Source: Mollicutes bacterium (GTDB lineage: Bacteria; Bacillota_I; Bacilli_A; RF39; UBA660). From it: 64,000 bases of DNA. Numbering within the stretch: position 1 is the stretch's first letter; every line of letters starts with the position of its first letter. The translations under genes were made by a program, and so were the position numbers. The stretch covers positions 9,266-73,265 of the forward strand of contig SFOJ01000007.1 of assembly GCA_004552445.1 (NCBI GenBank). The letters are read 5' to 3'. Positions 10,006 through 18,635 of the stretch are shown one piece after another. The notes under the pieces are model-generated. The model had not been told where the DNA came from. It was given only the letters and a program-made list of their open reading frames with translations, and ran no database searches.

Positions 10006-10036
10006 AAAAGCTATTACTAGTTAATAGCTTTTTTAA
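10006..10036 (+). terminator. Rho-independent terminator downstream of the secA operon
   Basis: The stem AAAGCTATTA / TAATAGCTTT is followed by TTTT. Confidence 0.7.
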
Positions 10037-10134
10037 TATTTATAAAGAACAAATATAGTTTTTATTTTAAATAGAAAGTATTGTAATATAACAAAATAAA
10101 TTAATAAAAGATTTTAGAAAATATGGAGTTTTTG

Positions 10135-10162
10135 TCATAAAAAATGATTTATATCATATTTA
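10135..10162 (+). promoter_or_regulatory. Candidate sigma-E-type promoter of spoIVA
   Basis: TCATAAA (fits ZHATAXX), a 13-nt spacer, then CATATTTA (partial fit to CATACAHT), about 30 nt upstream of the spoIVA start. In AT-rich DNA this is weak evidence. Confidence 0.3.
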
Positions 10163-10189
10163 TTACTAAATGCTAGAAAGAAGGTAAAT

Positions 10190-10555
10190 ATGGATAAATC
10201 AGAAATTATAAAGAGTTTGGGTAAAAAAGGTAATGGTGAAATATATTTAGGAGTAGTAGGTGCTGTTCGAACTGGTAAAAGTACTTTTATTAAGAAATGT
10301 ATTGAAAATTTGATTCTTCCATATATCGATGATGAGATAGAAAAGAAAAGATGTATGGATGAAATACCTCAAACTGCGCAAGGTAAAACTATTATGACAA
10401 TAGAACCTAAGTTTGTTCCTAGTAGTGGCGCTAATATCAATATCGATGGATTAATTACAAATATTAAATTGGTTGATTGCGTTGGTTTTGTAACACCAAA
10501 TTCTCTTGGATATGAAGATGAACTTGGAAATCCTCGTATGGTTAAAACACCTTGG
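10190..10555 (+). CDS. spoIVA: Stage IV sporulation protein A, 5' segment (codons 1-122) of a split gene
   Basis: It contains GEIYLGVVGAVRTGKSTFIKK (Walker A), IPQTAQGKTIMTIEPKFVP, VDCVGF and PRMVKTPW. After W122 the ORF reads VLLNK-stop, which is element sequence. Confidence 0.9.
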
Positions 10556-10677
10556 GTGTTGTTGAATAAGTGATACCCAAATATAAAAATAAAGAAATAC
10601 CTTATAAAATAAGGATAAAAGGCAATATTTCACTTTATTAGTTAAAGGCTAAAATTTAGAAAGTGAGATATTTTTTT

Positions 10678-11661
10678 ATGGAAAATAAGGAAATTTTTAA
10701 AAATAGTGAATTAATTCCTTTGCTGATAAAATATGTTAAGGTAAATAAAGTTGTATTTCCTATTGAGAAAGTAAAGTATTTATCTAATGCAGAAGTTATA
10801 GATGTATTAAAGAATTGTATTGATAAGGAAGAAATATATAATCCTAACTATGAAATGGTTAAAAATATTACTTTATTAGATGATAATGATTTAAAAGATA
10901 TATACCCTCTTATAAAAGAAAGTATGGAAAAAATCAATTACGATTATATGAGAGATATTAAAGATTTAGTTAATAATGTTAAATCAAGAAAGAAAGGTAA
11001 AAAATATTCTTTTGAAGAACATTTAAAGGCATTAATAATTGCTCTACTTTCTAATCATAGATGGGGAGATAATAATATTAGGGAAAATATGGATGCTATT
11101 GATGAAATATTTCATAATTATAATAAGAATTATTTAAAAGTTGTTGAACCAAGTGTTTTAGTTAATAAGTTAAGGAAGATTCATTGCACTAACCCAATGA
11201 TTAGTTATCAAATGAAAGCATTATCTAAAAATATAATGGTATTAGAACAAATAGAAAAAGATTATGGAAGTTTAGATAAGTTTGTAAGTAAAGAAAAACC
11301 TAATGACATAGCAAATATGTTTAACAGTGGTAAATATAAATTAATACAAGTTGGACGAGCTTTTGCTTATGATTATTTAAAAAGAGTTGGAGTTAATACT
11401 TGCAAAAAGAGTTCTCAATTAGAAAGATTATTTGGTAGTCATAGACTAGGAATTGTTGAAAATGCTAATGCTACTGAACAACAAGTATTAAATATTATAA
11501 AAAAGATTGCTGAATTAAATAACTGTGATGAGATAATCGTAGAATCAATAATCCAACAATTTTGTTTATTAAGATCTGCTAACATTTGTGGAGAACACCC
11601 TAACTGCGAGAAATGTAAGATAAGAAATTATTGTCATTATAACAAGAGATATGATGATTAA
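10678..11661 (+). CDS. HhH-GPD/endonuclease III-like protein with a C-terminal 4-Cys cluster
   Basis: The C-terminus is C-x5-C-x2-C-x5-C (CGEHPNCEKCKIRNYC), like the EndoIII Fe-S loop. An HhH-like segment reads VGRAFAYDYLKRVGV. The EndoIII-like start of the core is ALIIALLSN. Confidence 0.4.
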   Translation: MENKEIFKNSELIPLLIKYVKVNKVVFPIEKVKYLSNAEVIDVLKNCIDKEEIYNPNYEMVKNITLLDDNDLKDIYPLIKESMEKINYDYMRDIKDLVNNVKSRKKGKKYSFEEHLKALIIALLSNHRWGDNNIRENMDAIDEIFHNYNKNYLKVVEPSVLVNKLRKIHCTNPMISYQMKALSKNIMVLEQIEKDYGSLDKFVSKEKPNDIANMFNSGKYKLIQVGRAFAYDYLKRVGVNTCKKSSQLERLFGSHRLGIVENANATEQQVLNIIKKIAELNNCDEIIVESIIQQFCLLRSANICGEHPNCEKCKIRNYCHYNKRYDD

Positions 11662-11670
11662 TGTAATTAA

Positions 11671-11698
11671 AGGTATGTTTAACGACATATCTTTTTTG
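11671..11698 (+). terminator. Hairpin terminator upstream of the mob gene
   Basis: AGGTATGT-ttaacg-ACATATCT (one G-U pair) is followed by TTTTT. Confidence 0.5.
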
Positions 11699-11726
11699 TT
11701 GTTTAAAAAGAAAGGAGAAATGATAT

Positions 11727-13019
11727 ATGGAATTAAATTATGCAATATTTAGAAGTGAACCTATTATGACTATACCTGATTTAGCCCAAATAGGATCACA
11801 TAATAAGCGAGAAAAGAAAGCTTATCAATCAAATAAAGATATTAAAATAGAATTAAGTAAAAATAATATAGAACTTGTTCCACTAGATATGAAATATACT
11901 AAAGGTTTTGATAAACTAACAAAAGAATATAAAAAAGAACACGAAGAAAGAATGAAAACTGAACGAGCTGATAGAAAGAAAAGATACCATGAAATGTTAA
12001 ATAGTTCCAAAAATTGTGTTGCTGATGAATTAATTTTTACTGCTACTCATACTTTCTTTGATGGTATGTCTAGAGAGCAAATAAAAGAATGGGCAGATAC
12101 TTGTATGGAATTTGTTTATAAAGATTTAGGTTATAAAAAAGAACAAATTTTACATGCAACTGTCCATTTAGATGAATTAACACCTCATGTTCATTGTGTT
12201 GTTGTTCCACTTGTTAAGAAATTGGATAAGAGAACTAATACTGAAAGATATACCATATCTAAAAAACAATATATTAGAGATAAAATACACCTATCACAAT
12301 TACAAGATATGTATCATAAAAGTCTAACTGAAAAAGGTTATGATCTAGAACGAGGTATTAAAGGTAGTGATAATAAACACATTAAAATAAAAGAATATAA
12401 ACAACTTACTAAAAAATTAAATCACGAATTAAATGCTAAAAGTGATAGATTAGATAAAGCGATGAGTGAGTTTGAAGAACAAATGAAAACAAATAAAAAG
12501 ATTCCTTTTGATAATAAACATGTTATTTTAGAAAAAGAAACTTTTGATAGTATGAATAATGTTATTAATGAATCTAAAAAAGTAATGGAATTGCAACCTA
12601 AACTACAAACAATATTTAATAAAGTTGATGGATATGCTAATAGTTATAAATATCTTGAAAAAGAAAACTTTAGATATAAAAAAGAGATAGATAATCTAGA
12701 ATCCAAAAATAATGATTTAGAAATGAGAAATAATAGTTTACTAAATAGAATATATTATGTATTTCAAATGTTAAAAAAATTCTTAAGAAAACTATTACAA
12801 CGAGGTAATGATTATACAAAAGATGAAACAAGTAAGTTTATTAAAAATTGTTATGATGAACAAGAATTTGATATGAATGATGTTGTAGGTATTTCTAGAG
12901 GTACAACTAAACAAGATGAATTATTCGATTATGTAGAAGCACCAGATTATTTAAAATCTAGAGTTAAAGATTATGATGAATATGAAAAAGATAAAGATGA
13001 TTTTGAAATGAGTTTATAA
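11727..13019 (+). CDS. mob: MobV-family relaxase (Mob/Pre plasmid recombination enzyme)
   Basis: It contains HATVHLDELTPHVHCVVVPL (HxDE..PHxH motif), an N-terminal AIFRSEP...HNKRE, and a long coiled-coil C-terminus. Confidence 0.8.
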   Translation: MELNYAIFRSEPIMTIPDLAQIGSHNKREKKAYQSNKDIKIELSKNNIELVPLDMKYTKGFDKLTKEYKKEHEERMKTERADRKKRYHEMLNSSKNCVADELIFTATHTFFDGMSREQIKEWADTCMEFVYKDLGYKKEQILHATVHLDELTPHVHCVVVPLVKKLDKRTNTERYTISKKQYIRDKIHLSQLQDMYHKSLTEKGYDLERGIKGSDNKHIKIKEYKQLTKKLNHELNAKSDRLDKAMSEFEEQMKTNKKIPFDNKHVILEKETFDSMNNVINESKKVMELQPKLQTIFNKVDGYANSYKYLEKENFRYKKEIDNLESKNNDLEMRNNSLLNRIYYVFQMLKKFLRKLLQRGNDYTKDETSKFIKNCYDEQEFDMNDVVGISRGTTKQDELFDYVEAPDYLKSRVKDYDEYEKDKDDFEMSL

Positions 13020-13051
13020 TTTTAAAAAAATATTCTTGATTTTTATCATGT

Positions 13052-13285
13052 TTAGAGTGATAAATAGTTTGACCTAAAATAATTCTCAACTGGCAAATGA
13101 TAAATTGAAGTAGATTCCATAACAACAACTAAATTTGGATAATCTTTAATTAAATTATATAAATTATCAAATTCAATTTTATTATGTTCAATAAAAGACG
13201 CATCAATAATTGTATTTCTTAACTCATCAATAAAACAATAAACACTTTTTCCTTTAGCAATATCAAAACTTAAGATATGTTTCAT
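13052..13285 (-). pseudogene. IS110-family transposase, N-terminal 77-aa remnant
   Basis: SFDIAKGKS...VVVMESTSIYHLPV matches the DEDD/RuvC-like N-terminus of IS110 transposases. The ORF stops far short of the usual length of more than 300 aa. Confidence 0.6.
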
Positions 13286-13480
13286 AAATTTCTCCTTTCA
13301 TAAATATTTCGGTTAATACCATATGAGATTACCTATATTCCTACACGCTTAATCATCCGAACTCTAACGTTCCATTATCTACAACCGAATTTATAAATAA
13401 CCATATGGCAGACATTCATAAAATCGCACTCGAAGTGCCTGTTATAATCCGTCTTTACCGATGTTTGTTATAATAACAAA
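13286..13480 (-). ncRNA. Structured, GC-richer leader upstream of the IS110 remnant (possible bridge/seek RNA remnant)
   Basis: This is the position where IS110-group elements encode their guide RNA. Visible hairpins include GCACT-tcg-AGTGC, TTCGGTT/AACCGAA and two CCATATGG/TCATATGG palindromes. Confidence 0.25.
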
Positions 13481-13652
13481 AAACATAAAAATTTCAAAAT
13501 TTTAAACTTGAAATCTTTATGTTCAACATTATACGTGATATAATATAACTGATAGATAAATAGTAATATATTTGTAAAGTAGTTCAATTTTAGAATGATC
13601 TTTTATATGGTATAATGATTGTATTGTTTTTGTTACAGATTGGAAGTGAATT

Positions 13653-14357
13653 ATGAATCAAGAAAAAATAGGTAAATTTATTTTAAAACTTAGAATGGAT
13701 AATAATTTATCACAAGCAAAATTTGCTGACAAAATTGGTGTAACATATCAAGCAGTTTCAAAGTGGGAAAATGGTAGAGGTATACCAGATATAGAAATGT
13801 TAAAAAAAATCAGTGAAGTGTTTGATGTTGATATTGACGAAATAATTAACGGAGAAAAGAAAAAACAAAAATCAAAGTATAATTTAAGTTTATTAATTGC
13901 ATCAGTTTTTGGAATAGTAGTAATTGTATTATTTTTATTAATTACAATTTTTTTTAACAAAGATAATATTAATGTTGCAAATATAAATTCAATAGAATCG
14001 AATTTTTCAGTTAATGGAGTAATTGTATCGGAGAACAATTCTACTATGATACATATTTCTGATATTAGAGTTAATAAAGAATTAGATAAGAAATTTTATT
14101 CTATAGAATCAATGTTATACGAAGATAACAATAAAAATTATAAAATTATATCAGAATATAAAAGTATAGCCAATAATAATGAAACAAAAAACTTAGACGA
14201 GTTATTAAAAGAAGTTAAATTTGATATTGAAAATTATTCTGATTCTTGTCCAAATATATCAACACACAATTTTTACATTGTAATAAATGCACTTGATGAA
14301 GAAAAAAATAAAATCAATTATAAAATACCCTTATCTTTAGAAAATAAGTGTTCATAG
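13653..14357 (+). CDS. Membrane-anchored XRE-family HTH regulator
   Basis: The N-terminus LSQAKFADKIGVTYQAVSKWENGRGIPD is followed by a TM helix (LLIASVFGIVVIVLFLLITIFF) and an extracytoplasmic domain. Confidence 0.7.
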   Translation: MNQEKIGKFILKLRMDNNLSQAKFADKIGVTYQAVSKWENGRGIPDIEMLKKISEVFDVDIDEIINGEKKKQKSKYNLSLLIASVFGIVVIVLFLLITIFFNKDNINVANINSIESNFSVNGVIVSENNSTMIHISDIRVNKELDKKFYSIESMLYEDNNKNYKIISEYKSIANNNETKNLDELLKEVKFDIENYSDSCPNISTHNFYIVINALDEEKNKINYKIPLSLENKCS

Positions 14358-14468
14358 TTATCTAAACGCATCGTTTATAAAATAAAACATTGCGTTTATT
14401 TTTTTTTACACTGAACTAATTTATAATTAATTTTGGAAAGGAAAAGTTATAATAGAAGAGGTGTAAAA

Positions 14469-15182
14469 ATGAAAAAAATAATATTTATATTTTTGGGAAT
14501 ATTGTCAATCGGATTATTACTTCCAAATAAAGTAAATGCAGAAACAAATATTACGAATTTTGAAGATACAATAAAAGAGGAGATTAAAACATTTAAAGGA
14601 CAATCTGGTACCGAAGAATATATTAAAAAATTAGAATCTGCTGATTTATCAAATTATAAAGAAAGTGATGATAAAGTAAACATTTATATGTTTAGAGGAG
14701 ATACATGTAGTTATTGTTTAAAAGCAGTTACATATTTTTCTACTATAGTAGATAATTATGGAGACAAATTTAATTTAATAACTTATGAAGTATGGAAAAA
14801 TTCTGATAATGCTAAATTAATGGATGAAGTTGCCAAGACACTCGGAGAAGAACCAAACGGAGTTCCATATATAATAATTGGTGATAAATCATTTACGGGT
14901 TATAGTGAAGAAATGAACTCCCAAATTGAATCACAAATCAATAAAGTATATAAACAAACTGATAGATATGATGTTATGAATAATTTAGATAGTGGTACCA
15001 CTACTATTAAAGAGGTTAAGTCAAATAACACTTCGTCATCATCTATGGTTTGGCTATTTATTTTACAAATTATTTCTATATTAGGTTTGATCATTTATGT
15101 AAATAAAAATAATAAAAATATTAAACAAAAATTAGAAGAACTTGAAATGAAAGTTAATAAGAATGCAAAATCTAAAAAGTAA
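14469..15182 (+). CDS. Secreted/membrane-tethered thioredoxin-fold protein (CSYC motif)
   Basis: It has a signal peptide MKKIIFIFLGILSIGLLLPNKVNA, the segment MFRGDTCSYCLKAV...VPYIIIGD, and a C-terminal TM helix. Confidence 0.6.
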   Translation: MKKIIFIFLGILSIGLLLPNKVNAETNITNFEDTIKEEIKTFKGQSGTEEYIKKLESADLSNYKESDDKVNIYMFRGDTCSYCLKAVTYFSTIVDNYGDKFNLITYEVWKNSDNAKLMDEVAKTLGEEPNGVPYIIIGDKSFTGYSEEMNSQIESQINKVYKQTDRYDVMNNLDSGTTTIKEVKSNNTSSSSMVWLFILQIISILGLIIYVNKNNKNIKQKLEELEMKVNKNAKSKK

Positions 15183-15882
15183 AATAATTTTTATTGTAGT
15201 GTTAGTATTATGTATTTTTTCTTTCTTTGCAATATCTAAAGTTGCAATTATACATAATAATGATACTGATAGTATTAAATTTAAAGAGGAATATGAAAGT
15301 TTAAATGGCAAAAAATATAAAAATAAAAAAATAAGAGATGTTAAAATAGAAAAGGATAATCCTTTTGTATATAAAACAGCTGAAGAAATAGTAGACTTAA
15401 TAGAAAATGGTGAATCATTTATAGTATATTTTGGCTTTAGTAAATGTCCTTGGTGTAGAAGTATGATTGAAACTTTTATTAAAACAGCAAAAGAAAATAA
15501 TATAGATAAAATATATTATGTTGATATAGAAGAAATTAGAAATGTAATAGAATATGATAAGGACGGTAATTTAGTAACTACTAAAAATGGTACTCCAGAT
15601 TATTATGATTTAGTTAACAAACTAAATAGTGTTTTAAATCAATATACATTAAATAATAATGGAGAAGAAGTTGCTATTGGAGAAAAAAGGATATATGCCC
15701 CTAATGTTGTATTAGTAAATAATGGGGAACCTGTTGAAATGATTGATCCAATTGAAAATATTATTAAGGATCCTGCATCAGAAATTACAAAAGAACAAAA
15801 AGAAGAAATGTCTAATAAGATTAAATGTCTATTTTCATGTATGAAAAAAGGAAATACTTGTAGTATTAAAACGAAGTGTTAG
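15163..15882 (+). CDS. Membrane-anchored thioredoxin-like protein (CPWC motif)
   Basis: It has an N-terminal TM helix and FGFSKCPWCRSM in a thioredoxin-fold context. It overlaps the upstream gene by 20 nt. Confidence 0.6.
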   Translation: MQNLKSKIIFIVVLVLCIFSFFAISKVAIIHNNDTDSIKFKEEYESLNGKKYKNKKIRDVKIEKDNPFVYKTAEEIVDLIENGESFIVYFGFSKCPWCRSMIETFIKTAKENNIDKIYYVDIEEIRNVIEYDKDGNLVTTKNGTPDYYDLVNKLNSVLNQYTLNNNGEEVAIGEKRIYAPNVVLVNNGEPVEMIDPIENIIKDPASEITKEQKEEMSNKIKCLFSCMKKGNTCSIKTKC

Positions 15883-15971
15883 AAGAAAAAATATTAATTA
15901 CAATTGGAACAATAACAACATTAGTTTTGGGAATTTAACATTAAAAGTTATTCCTTTTTTTGATTATAGTC

Positions 15972-16025
15972 TTGACAGTTGAACGATTATTCAATTATAA
16001 TGTTAATAGTTGAGCGATTATTCAA
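15972..16025 (+). promoter_or_regulatory. cad promoter with two copies of an ArsR/CadC-type operator
   Basis: TTGACA (15972-15977), an 18-nt spacer, then TATAAT (15996-16001). The operator TTGAaCGATTATTCAA (15979-15994) repeats as TTGAgCGATTATTCAA (16010-16025). Each is a TTGAA-N6-TTCAA palindrome, with centres 31 bp apart. Confidence 0.7.
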
Positions 16026-16042
16026 TTAAGGAGAGATAAATT

Positions 16043-16396
16043 ATGATTAGTGATTGTAGCATCATACATGAAGATATGGTAAATAATATTAAAACATTAT
16101 TACCTGTTGATGATACTTTTATCAAAACTTCTAGTTTTTTTAAAGTATTAGGTGATAAAACTAGAATTAAAATATTATGGATTTTAAATGAGGGAGAATT
16201 ATGTGTTTGTGATATTGCAATTTTATGTAATATGACTAAGTCAGCAATTTCGCATCAATTATCATTTTTAAAGCAAAATAATATTGTTAAATCAAGAAAA
16301 GATGGAAAAGAAGTTTTTTATTCATTAAAAGACAATCATGTTAAATTTATGCTTGAAAATAGTATTAATCATATTATAGAAAAGGAGATTGATTAG
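16043..16396 (+). CDS. cadC: ArsR/SmtB-family metalloregulator (CadC-like)
   Basis: It contains FKVLGDKTRIKILWIL..GELCVCDI...MTKSAISHQLSFLK. Confidence 0.8.
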   Translation: MISDCSIIHEDMVNNIKTLLPVDDTFIKTSSFFKVLGDKTRIKILWILNEGELCVCDIAILCNMTKSAISHQLSFLKQNNIVKSRKDGKEVFYSLKDNHVKFMLENSINHIIEKEID

Positions 16397-16399
16397 AAA

Positions 16400-18241
16400 A
16401 TGGAAAAAGAAGAAAAAATAAACTTATTTAGAATTATAACTACAATTATTTTATTTGCAATTACATTTATACCTAGTTTAAATAGTAATATTAAGATTAG
16501 TTTGTATATTATTTCGTATTTAGTTATTGGAGGAGACATTTTAATAAATGCCATCAAGAATATTTTTAAAGGTGAATTATTTGATGAAAATTTTCTTATG
16601 TCACTTGCTACTGTTGGGGCATTAGTTATTGGAGAATATCCTGAAGCTATTGCTGTAATGTTATTCTATCAAATTGGTGAATTATTTCAGGATATGGCAG
16701 TTGAAAAAAGCAAAGCTAATATAACTAAATTGATGGATATTAGACCAGATTTTGCTAATATTGAGCATAATGGTAATTTAGTACAAGTAAGTCCAGAAAA
16801 GATAAATATTGGTGATATTATAGTTGTAAAACCTGGAGAAAAAATACCATTAGATGGTATTATTGTTTATGGTAAATCTAGTTTAAATACTACAGCCCTA
16901 ACTGGTGAATCTATTCCTAGAAGTGTTAATGTAGATGATGAAGTATTAAGTGGTTGCATTAACTTATCTTGTTTAATTAAAATAAAAACAACATCAACAT
17001 TCGGAGATTCAACTGTTTCCAAAATTTTGGATTTGGTTGAAAATGCAGATAATAGTAAAGCAAATACCGAAAAGTTCATAACTAAATTTGCTAAAATATA
17101 TACGCCAGTTGTAGTTATTCTTGCTGTTCTTTTAGCAGTTATTCCATCATTAATAACTGGTGAATGGTTAGAATGGATAAACAGATCTTTAATTTTCTTG
17201 GTAATCTCATGCCCATGTGCTCTTGTTGTTTCTGTTCCTTTAAGTTTTTTTGCTGGAATTGGTGGAGCAAGTAAAAATGGTGTCCTTATAAAAGGTGCAA
17301 ATTATCTTGAAGCTTTAGCAAATGTAAATACAATTGTATTTGATAAAACTGGCACACTTACAAAAGGAAATTTTAAAGTAGTCGCAATTCATCCTGAAAA
17401 AATAACTGAAGAGAAATTGTTAGAAATAGCAACACTAGCAGAACAATTTTCTACACATCCTATTTCTATTTCATTAAAAAATGAATATAGTAAAGAACTT
17501 GATAAAAATAGAGTAAAAGATATAGAAGATATACCTGGAAAAGGGATTAAGGCAACCGTTGATAAAAAACAAGTATATATAGGAAATGATAAATTAATGA
17601 AATACATTGATGTTCATTATGAAAATTGTGAAAAAGAAGGTACTATTTCTCATATCGTAATTGATGGTGAATATGCTGGACATATAGTTATAACTGATGA
17701 AATAAAACCAACTTCAAAAACAGCATTAAATGAATTAAAGAACTTAGGTGTAGCAAAAACAGTTATGTTAACAGGTGATAAAAAAGAGGTTGGAGAATCA
17801 ATTGGATTTGAATTGGGATTAGATGAAATAAAAACTGAATTACTTCCAGTTAATAAAGTTGAAGAAGTTGAAAGATTAATTAAATCAAAAAACAATGATA
17901 AAGAAAAAATAGCATTTGTTGGTGATGGAATAAATGATGCACCAGTATTAAAAAGATGTGATATTGGAATATCTATGGGTGGACTTGGAAGTGATGCAGC
18001 AATTGAAGCATCTGATATTGTTTTAATGAATGATGACCCATCTAGCATTGCAAAAGCAATTAAAATTTCAAGAAAAACTTTAAAGATTGTAAGACAAAAT
18101 ATTATTTTTGCATTAGCAGTTAAACTTATTGTTCTTATTTTAGGAGCATTAGGCATTGCTAATATGTGGGAAGCAGTATTTGCTGATGTAGGAGTATCAT
18201 TTATTGCAATATTAAATGCATTAAGATGTATTAAGGATTAG
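16400..18241 (+). CDS. cadA: P1B-type heavy-metal translocating ATPase (Cd/Zn/Co type) without an N-terminal HMA domain
   Basis: It contains the CPC motif (VISCPCALVVSVP), DKTGTLT, TGES, MLTGD and VGDGINDAP. Confidence 0.85.
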   Translation: MEKEEKINLFRIITTIILFAITFIPSLNSNIKISLYIISYLVIGGDILINAIKNIFKGELFDENFLMSLATVGALVIGEYPEAIAVMLFYQIGELFQDMAVEKSKANITKLMDIRPDFANIEHNGNLVQVSPEKINIGDIIVVKPGEKIPLDGIIVYGKSSLNTTALTGESIPRSVNVDDEVLSGCINLSCLIKIKTTSTFGDSTVSKILDLVENADNSKANTEKFITKFAKIYTPVVVILAVLLAVIPSLITGEWLEWINRSLIFLVISCPCALVVSVPLSFFAGIGGASKNGVLIKGANYLEALANVNTIVFDKTGTLTKGNFKVVAIHPEKITEEKLLEIATLAEQFSTHPISISLKNEYSKELDKNRVKDIEDIPGKGIKATVDKKQVYIGNDKLMKYIDVHYENCEKEGTISHIVIDGEYAGHIVITDEIKPTSKTALNELKNLGVAKTVMLTGDKKEVGESIGFELGLDEIKTELLPVNKVEEVERLIKSKNNDKEKIAFVGDGINDAPVLKRCDIGISMGGLGSDAAIEASDIVLMNDDPSSIAKAIKISRKTLKIVRQNIIFALAVKLIVLILGALGIANMWEAVFADVGVSFIAILNALRCIKD

Positions 18242-18275
18242 AAAATTACAATTTCTACAGCAGATTAAAAGTGAA

Positions 18276-18455
18276 AACCGAGCCAAAAGAAACATTGTAA
18301 CTAATGGCTCGGTTAAGCCTAGTTCTTGACGACTAGGTAACACACTACCAAGTCGGCATTTTGCCAACTAGGAATAGTGTGCAAAGGGACACCCTTTTGA
18401 AACCCAATAAGCAACATTTCACAAACTATCGTAAGTGAATGTTGCTCTTTTTTAT
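18276..18455 (+). other. GC-richer, densely structured non-coding island ending in a terminator
   Basis: Hairpins are AACCGAGCC/GGCTCGGTT, CCTAGT/ACTAGG and CACACTA/TAGTGTG, with a nested GGCA-ttt-TGCC. The terminator is GCAACATTTCAC/GTGAATGTTGC followed by a T-run. Confidence 0.4.
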
Positions 18456-18635
18456 TTTGTCTTGCGACTACATAAAAAAGAAAGAATACTATCGCCACTT
18501 TCATTGCTAAAGCAACAAAACGTGCCACGTATTCTTTAAATAAAAATAACCTAATACCTAATTTAACGAAAGGGTAAAAGGTTATTTTTTTCTTTTGCTA
18601 TGCAAAAGTAAGGATTATAAATTTACTTCATAAAT

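Noticed and set aside
11662-11726. oriT immediately upstream of the mob gene (the usual MobV location)
   Set aside because: The 65-bp gap contains only a terminator-like hairpin and the RBS. No inverted repeat with a GTGTG-type nick motif was seen, so alternative candidate sites are reported instead.
17650-18156. 168-aa minus-strand ORF inside cadA, plus similar ORFs at 16867-17079 and 17389-17607
   Set aside because: It lies entirely antisense to a strongly supported P-type ATPase gene. Long antisense ORFs are common in AT-rich coding DNA.
18319-18528. 69-aa minus-strand ORF in the GC-richer island after cadA
   Set aside because: It has no RBS, spans several hairpins and a plus-strand terminator, and its composition looks non-coding. 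The region is treated as structured non-coding DNA or RNA instead.
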